A DNA stretch of 64,000 nt from assembly GCA_026004215.1 (NCBI GenBank), contig BPIR01000002.1:1115031-1179030 (forward strand), given 5' to 3'. A model generated the notes under the pieces. It did not search any database. It was not told the origin of the DNA and saw only the letters and a list, made by a program, of their open reading frames with translations. The position numbers and the translations under genes were made by a program. The stretch is from Candidatus Binatia bacterium. GTDB lineage: Bacteria; Desulfobacterota; Binatia; HRBIN30. Below, one piece after another: positions 60,384 through 64,000 of this stretch. Each line of letters begins with the position of its first letter. Within the stretch, counting starts at the first letter, position 1.

Positions 60384-61544
60384 ATGAAACATGTCCTCGC
60401 CATCGTCGGGACGATCCTCGTACTCGTCGGAGGGGGCGGGTTTTATATGCTTCCGCGCCTGGTCGATCGGCGCCTCAATCGCGTACTGGAGGTACCGCCG
60501 TATCCGGTACGCGAGGAGGTGCGCTCCTGGTACCGCACGCTCTTCGTGGCGGACTTGCACGCGGACACGCTCCTCTGGCCGCGCGCCTTGCTGCACGAGG
60601 CCGACCATGGCCATGTGGATGTACCGCGCCTCGAACGTGGTGGCGTCGCCTTGCAGGTGTTCACTGCGGTGACCAAAGTCCCCGCGGGTTTGAACTACGA
60701 ATCCAACGATGCGCGGTCGGACATGGTCCGCTGGCTCGTCATTAGCCAAGGCTGGCCGTGGTCCACGTGGAACAGCTTGTTCGAGCGCGCCGTGTATCAG
60801 GCGAATCGGCTCGAACAAGCGAGCGCAGCTTCGAGTGGGCGCCTCCGAGTGATTCGCAGTCGGCAGGACCTCGACGCCTTGCTTTCGGAACGGGAGCGCG
60901 GGCGATCGGTGGTCGGTGCCGTGTTAGGTGTGGAGGGCCTGCATTGCTTGGAGGGGCGCTTAGAAAACGTCGACCGTTTGTATGCGGCGGGGTTCCGCGT
61001 GCTCGGGCTGACGCATTTTTTCGACAACGAACTGGGAGGCTCCGCCCACGGGCAGCGCAAGGGCGGCTTGACGGGCTTTGGAGCCGACGTCGTGCGCCGT
61101 GCCGAAGAGCGCAAGATGATCGTGGATCTGGCGCACGCTTCGCCCAAGCTGTTCGACGATGTGATTGCAATGGTCCGGCGGCCACCGATTGTGTCGCACA
61201 CCGGTGTGAAGGGCACATGCGACACGGTGCGCAACTTGTCGGACGACCAACTGCGCGCGGTGGCGGCCAAGGGAGGCATTGTCGGAATCGGCTACTGGGA
61301 TGGTGCCGTGTGCCAGCCGACCATGGCGAACATCGCGCGCGCGATTGTGTACGCCGTACAGCTCATTGGCGCCGAACACGTGGCTTTGGGGTCGGATTTC
61401 GATGGTGGGACCACAACCCCCTTCGACACCACCGGGCTCGTACAAGTCGCACAGGCACTGTTGGATAGCGGGCTCACACGCGAAGAGGTTCGCGCAGTGT
61501 TCGGTGGCAACGTCCAACGCTTGCTGAGCGCCTTGTTGCCCTGA
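60384..61544 (+). CDS. Membrane dipeptidase (peptidase family M19).
   Basis: The motifs FVADLHADTLLW, HVALGSDFDGG and an N-terminal TM anchor are present. Confidence 0.8.
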   Translation: MKHVLAIVGTILVLVGGGGFYMLPRLVDRRLNRVLEVPPYPVREEVRSWYRTLFVADLHADTLLWPRALLHEADHGHVDVPRLERGGVALQVFTAVTKVPAGLNYESNDARSDMVRWLVISQGWPWSTWNSLFERAVYQANRLEQASAASSGRLRVIRSRQDLDALLSERERGRSVVGAVLGVEGLHCLEGRLENVDRLYAAGFRVLGLTHFFDNELGGSAHGQRKGGLTGFGADVVRRAEERKMIVDLAHASPKLFDDVIAMVRRPPIVSHTGVKGTCDTVRNLSDDQLRAVAAKGGIVGIGYWDGAVCQPTMANIARAIVYAVQLIGAEHVALGSDFDGGTTTPFDTTGLVQVAQALLDSGLTREEVRAVFGGNVQRLLSALLP

Positions 61545-61589
61545 AGCCCCGAGGAGCGGAGAGGTTCCAACAGCGGATAGGAGGAAGGC

Positions 61590-63890
61590 ATGGCGCGGGC
61601 CGTCGGAGCACAAGAAATGTTGCGAGCATTGCAGGACGCAGCGCCGCGTCCGCTCACGATCGCGGAAATTGCGCGTCGCTTGGGCGTGCTGGACTTCGAT
61701 CGGCGGCAGATGAAAGCCACGCTCGAAGCGGCCGTGGCTGAACGAAAAGTGCGGCGCATCGGAAAAACGCGCTACCAATGGGTTCCCGCGGCCGAGGTCA
61801 CACCTGCCACGCTGCGGCTTCGGGCTGCCACGCGCCGGCCCAAAGTGCCGCTGGGAGTGGAAGAGGAGCGGTTCGAAGGGCGATACCAAAGAGTGCGAGG
61901 AGGCTACGGCTTCGTGGAAGTGTTGGGGGCGGCCGCGCGCCGGTTTGCGCGAGACGTGCTGATCCCTGCCGGAGCCGAAAACGGTGCGATGCATGGCGAT
62001 CGCGTGGAAATCGAGGTGGTGCGCCGCGATCCCCGCTTGCGGCGCGTGGTGGGGCGCGTCACACGCGTGATCGCTTCGGTTCACGAGACCATTCTCGGCA
62101 CGCTGGAGCCTACGCGTCGCGGCTGGCAACTTGTTCCAGAGCTCGACTTGCTCCCCACCGTACAACTGGTGGGCCCGCGTCAGCCCCGACGCGATCAAGC
62201 TGGTTTAGTGGCGCGCGTTCGGCTGGTGCGGCCTCCGACTGCGGGTTACCCCGCTGCCGGGGAGCTCGAGGTTGTCCTGGGACCCGTGGAGCATCCCGAT
62301 GTGCAATTCGCCATTATCACGGCCGAACACGGCCTCCGCACGGAATTTCCCGAGGCCGCACGAAACGAGGCCGAGCGCTTGCCCGAGGATCCCGAGCCCG
62401 GGGATTACCGCGACCGCCTCGACTTGCGCGCTTTGCCCTTCGTGACCATCGACGGGGAGACCGCACGCGACTTCGACGACGCCGTCTGCTTGCAAGTACA
62501 GTCGAATGGCGAGCGTGTCTTATGGGTCGCCATTGCCGATGTGTCCTACTACGTGCCCGAAGGCTCGGCGCTCGACCACGAGGCCTTGGCTCGCGGCACG
62601 AGCGTGTATTTCCCCGACCGCGCGATCCCGATGTTCCCGGAAAAGCTTTCGGACCAGTTGTGCTCCCTCGTGCCGGAGCGCGATCGCCTCGTTCTCGTAG
62701 CCGAGCTGCACTACGACCGGCACGGACACCGCAAACACAGCGAATTGTACCCGGCCGTAATCCGCAGCCGTGCCCGCCTCACGTACACAAAAGTGGCGGC
62801 GGTGATTTCCGATGCCGTGTCCGCCGAGATCGATGCGTGGCGCGCATCGTTGGGCCCGATCCTCGATGACTTGCGGCAGATGCACGTGCTCATGCAGCAG
62901 TTGAACCGCGCGCGCTTGGCGGCCGGCTCGCTCGATCTCGACTTGCCCGAGGCGTTGATCGACCTTTCCGAAGAGGGCCGCAGCGTGGGGGTCCGACTGC
63001 TGGCCCGCAATGACGCACACCGCATCATCGAAGAGTTCATGTTAGAGGCCAACCGCGCGGTGGCCTTGTTCTTGCGCGAGCAACGCGTGCCGTTCCCGTA
63101 CCGCGTGCATGAACAGCCCGACCCGAACGATATCGAGGAGCTCAACCGCTTTCTGGCTCGCTTTGGTTTTGGCGTGCAGTACGAAGGTCAGGTTCGTCCG
63201 CAAGACGTGGCGCGCGTGCTCCAGCAAATCGAAGGGCACCCCCTGGCGCGGGTGTTGAGCCGGCAGGTTCTACGCGCCCTGCGGCAAGCGCAGTACAGCA
63301 CGGTCAATATCGGGCACTTTGGATTGGCCTTTCCGGTGTACTGCCATTTCACCTCGCCGATCCGGCGCTATCCCGACCTGCTGGTGCACCGCCAGCTTCG
63401 GCGCGTACTCGCCGGACAAGTGGAGGAGGCACGCGCATTGGCGGAGCGGCTGGAAGAGCTCTCGGTTCACTGCTCGCAGTGCGAGCGTCAGGCCGTGGAG
63501 GCCGAACGCGCCATGCTGGACCTCAAGAAATGCGAGTTCATGTTCGATCATTTGCTCGAACCCGAGCCGGGCACCATCGTGAGCGTGACGAATTTCGGTT
63601 GCTTCGTGGAACTCGATGCCTACCCGATCGAAGGTTTACTCAAGCCCGAAAGCTTTCCGGGAGACCGTTATTACTACCACGAAGAAGATCAGGCATGGAT
63701 TGGTGCCCGGCGGCGGCAGCGATTTACGATTGGCGACCGCGTGCGTGTGGAGTGCACGAATGTTTCGCTGCGTCGCCGGGAAATCGATTTCGCTTTGCTC
63801 GAGCGCCTGCCGCCTGCGGGATCGAAGGCAGCCGAGACCGTGGCGGAAGAGCCCACCGGCCGGCGCCGGCTGCGAAAGGGTAAGAAATAA
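61590..63890 (+). CDS. rnr: Ribonuclease R (RNase II/R family) with N-terminal HTH, cold-shock, RNB and C-terminal S1 domains.
   Basis: The RNB motifs are FVTIDGETARDFDDAVCL. The C-terminal S1 region is GTIVSVTNFGCFVELD. AGGAGGAAGG RBS. Confidence 0.85.
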   Translation: MARAVGAQEMLRALQDAAPRPLTIAEIARRLGVLDFDRRQMKATLEAAVAERKVRRIGKTRYQWVPAAEVTPATLRLRAATRRPKVPLGVEEERFEGRYQRVRGGYGFVEVLGAAARRFARDVLIPAGAENGAMHGDRVEIEVVRRDPRLRRVVGRVTRVIASVHETILGTLEPTRRGWQLVPELDLLPTVQLVGPRQPRRDQAGLVARVRLVRPPTAGYPAAGELEVVLGPVEHPDVQFAIITAEHGLRTEFPEAARNEAERLPEDPEPGDYRDRLDLRALPFVTIDGETARDFDDAVCLQVQSNGERVLWVAIADVSYYVPEGSALDHEALARGTSVYFPDRAIPMFPEKLSDQLCSLVPERDRLVLVAELHYDRHGHRKHSELYPAVIRSRARLTYTKVAAVISDAVSAEIDAWRASLGPILDDLRQMHVLMQQLNRARLAAGSLDLDLPEALIDLSEEGRSVGVRLLARNDAHRIIEEFMLEANRAVALFLREQRVPFPYRVHEQPDPNDIEELNRFLARFGFGVQYEGQVRPQDVARVLQQIEGHPLARVLSRQVLRALRQAQYSTVNIGHFGLAFPVYCHFTSPIRRYPDLLVHRQLRRVLAGQVEEARALAERLEELSVHCSQCERQAVEAERAMLDLKKCEFMFDHLLEPEPGTIVSVTNFGCFVELDAYPIEGLLKPESFPGDRYYYHEEDQAWIGARRRQRFTIGDRVRVECTNVSLRRREIDFALLERLPPAGSKAAETVAEEPTGRRRLRKGKK

Positions 63891-64000
63891 GGTTGTCGCC
63901 GTTCGGAATGTTGCACCCCGGGCAGCCTTCTCGCCCCAGCATTGGAAGCAAGGGCCTCGGTGCGCAGGCGCTGCGGCGATAGACAGCACGAGACGGGGTG

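Overview
This is a 64 kb GC-rich window (well above 60% G+C by eye) that reads like an ordinary bacterial chromosome segment: about 55 protein genes, three tRNAs, and one decaying mobile-element island. Gene content suggests a Myxococcota or deltaproteobacteria-like organism: many lipoproteins, a bactofilin, sigma-54 activators, paired acyl-CoA dehydrogenases, RND efflux. That assignment is an inference only.

Gene order, 5' to 3':
- recD 3' end; oppD/oppF-like ABC ATPase pair.
- Bactofilin; alpha/beta hydrolase; DUF3467.
- FGGY sugar kinase; LarC-like; GT2 glycosyltransferase.
- Two adjacent acyl-CoA dehydrogenases; MFS transporter; 2-hydroxyacid dehydrogenase.
- A minus-strand run: IMPase, GH31, DUF255 thioredoxin-domain protein, CoA-transferase.
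- PT-linker lipoproteins, then a small ribbon-helix-helix plus zinc-ribbon DNA-binding protein.
- A minus-strand operon: minimal sigma-54 activator, stand-alone receiver, PIG-L deacetylase, DHH phosphoesterase.
- rph and rdgB, then tRNA-Pro(TGG), tRNA-Arg(TCT), tRNA-His(GTG).
- MoxR, VWA(CoxE-like), PEBP.
- TetR, adaptor, RND efflux; a CocE/NonD lipoprotein; a conserved hypothetical.
- DedA, amidase, Old Yellow Enzyme, HAD, MBL-fold, FAD oxidase, FKBP.
- PLP lyase/decarboxylase, SDR, an outer-membrane barrel, a FecE-like ATPase, a PD40 propeller, a MenA-like prenyltransferase, M19 dipeptidase, RNase R.

The most unusual structure starts 5 bp after tRNA-His. It is a tandem, decaying array of about 820-bp units, each carrying an IS200/RAYT-like Y1 (HuH) transposase gene. 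Each copy has a GTAGGGGC-N-GCCCCTAC palindrome plus a tandem array of half-sites sitting inside the coding sequence just after the HuH motif. The same palindrome family (REP-like, with the GTAG...CTAC ends typical of RAYT substrates) recurs in intergenic DNA at about 23.0 kb and 46.4-46.65 kb.

Many long ORFs in the supplied six-frame track are high-GC antisense or overlap artefacts and were not called.
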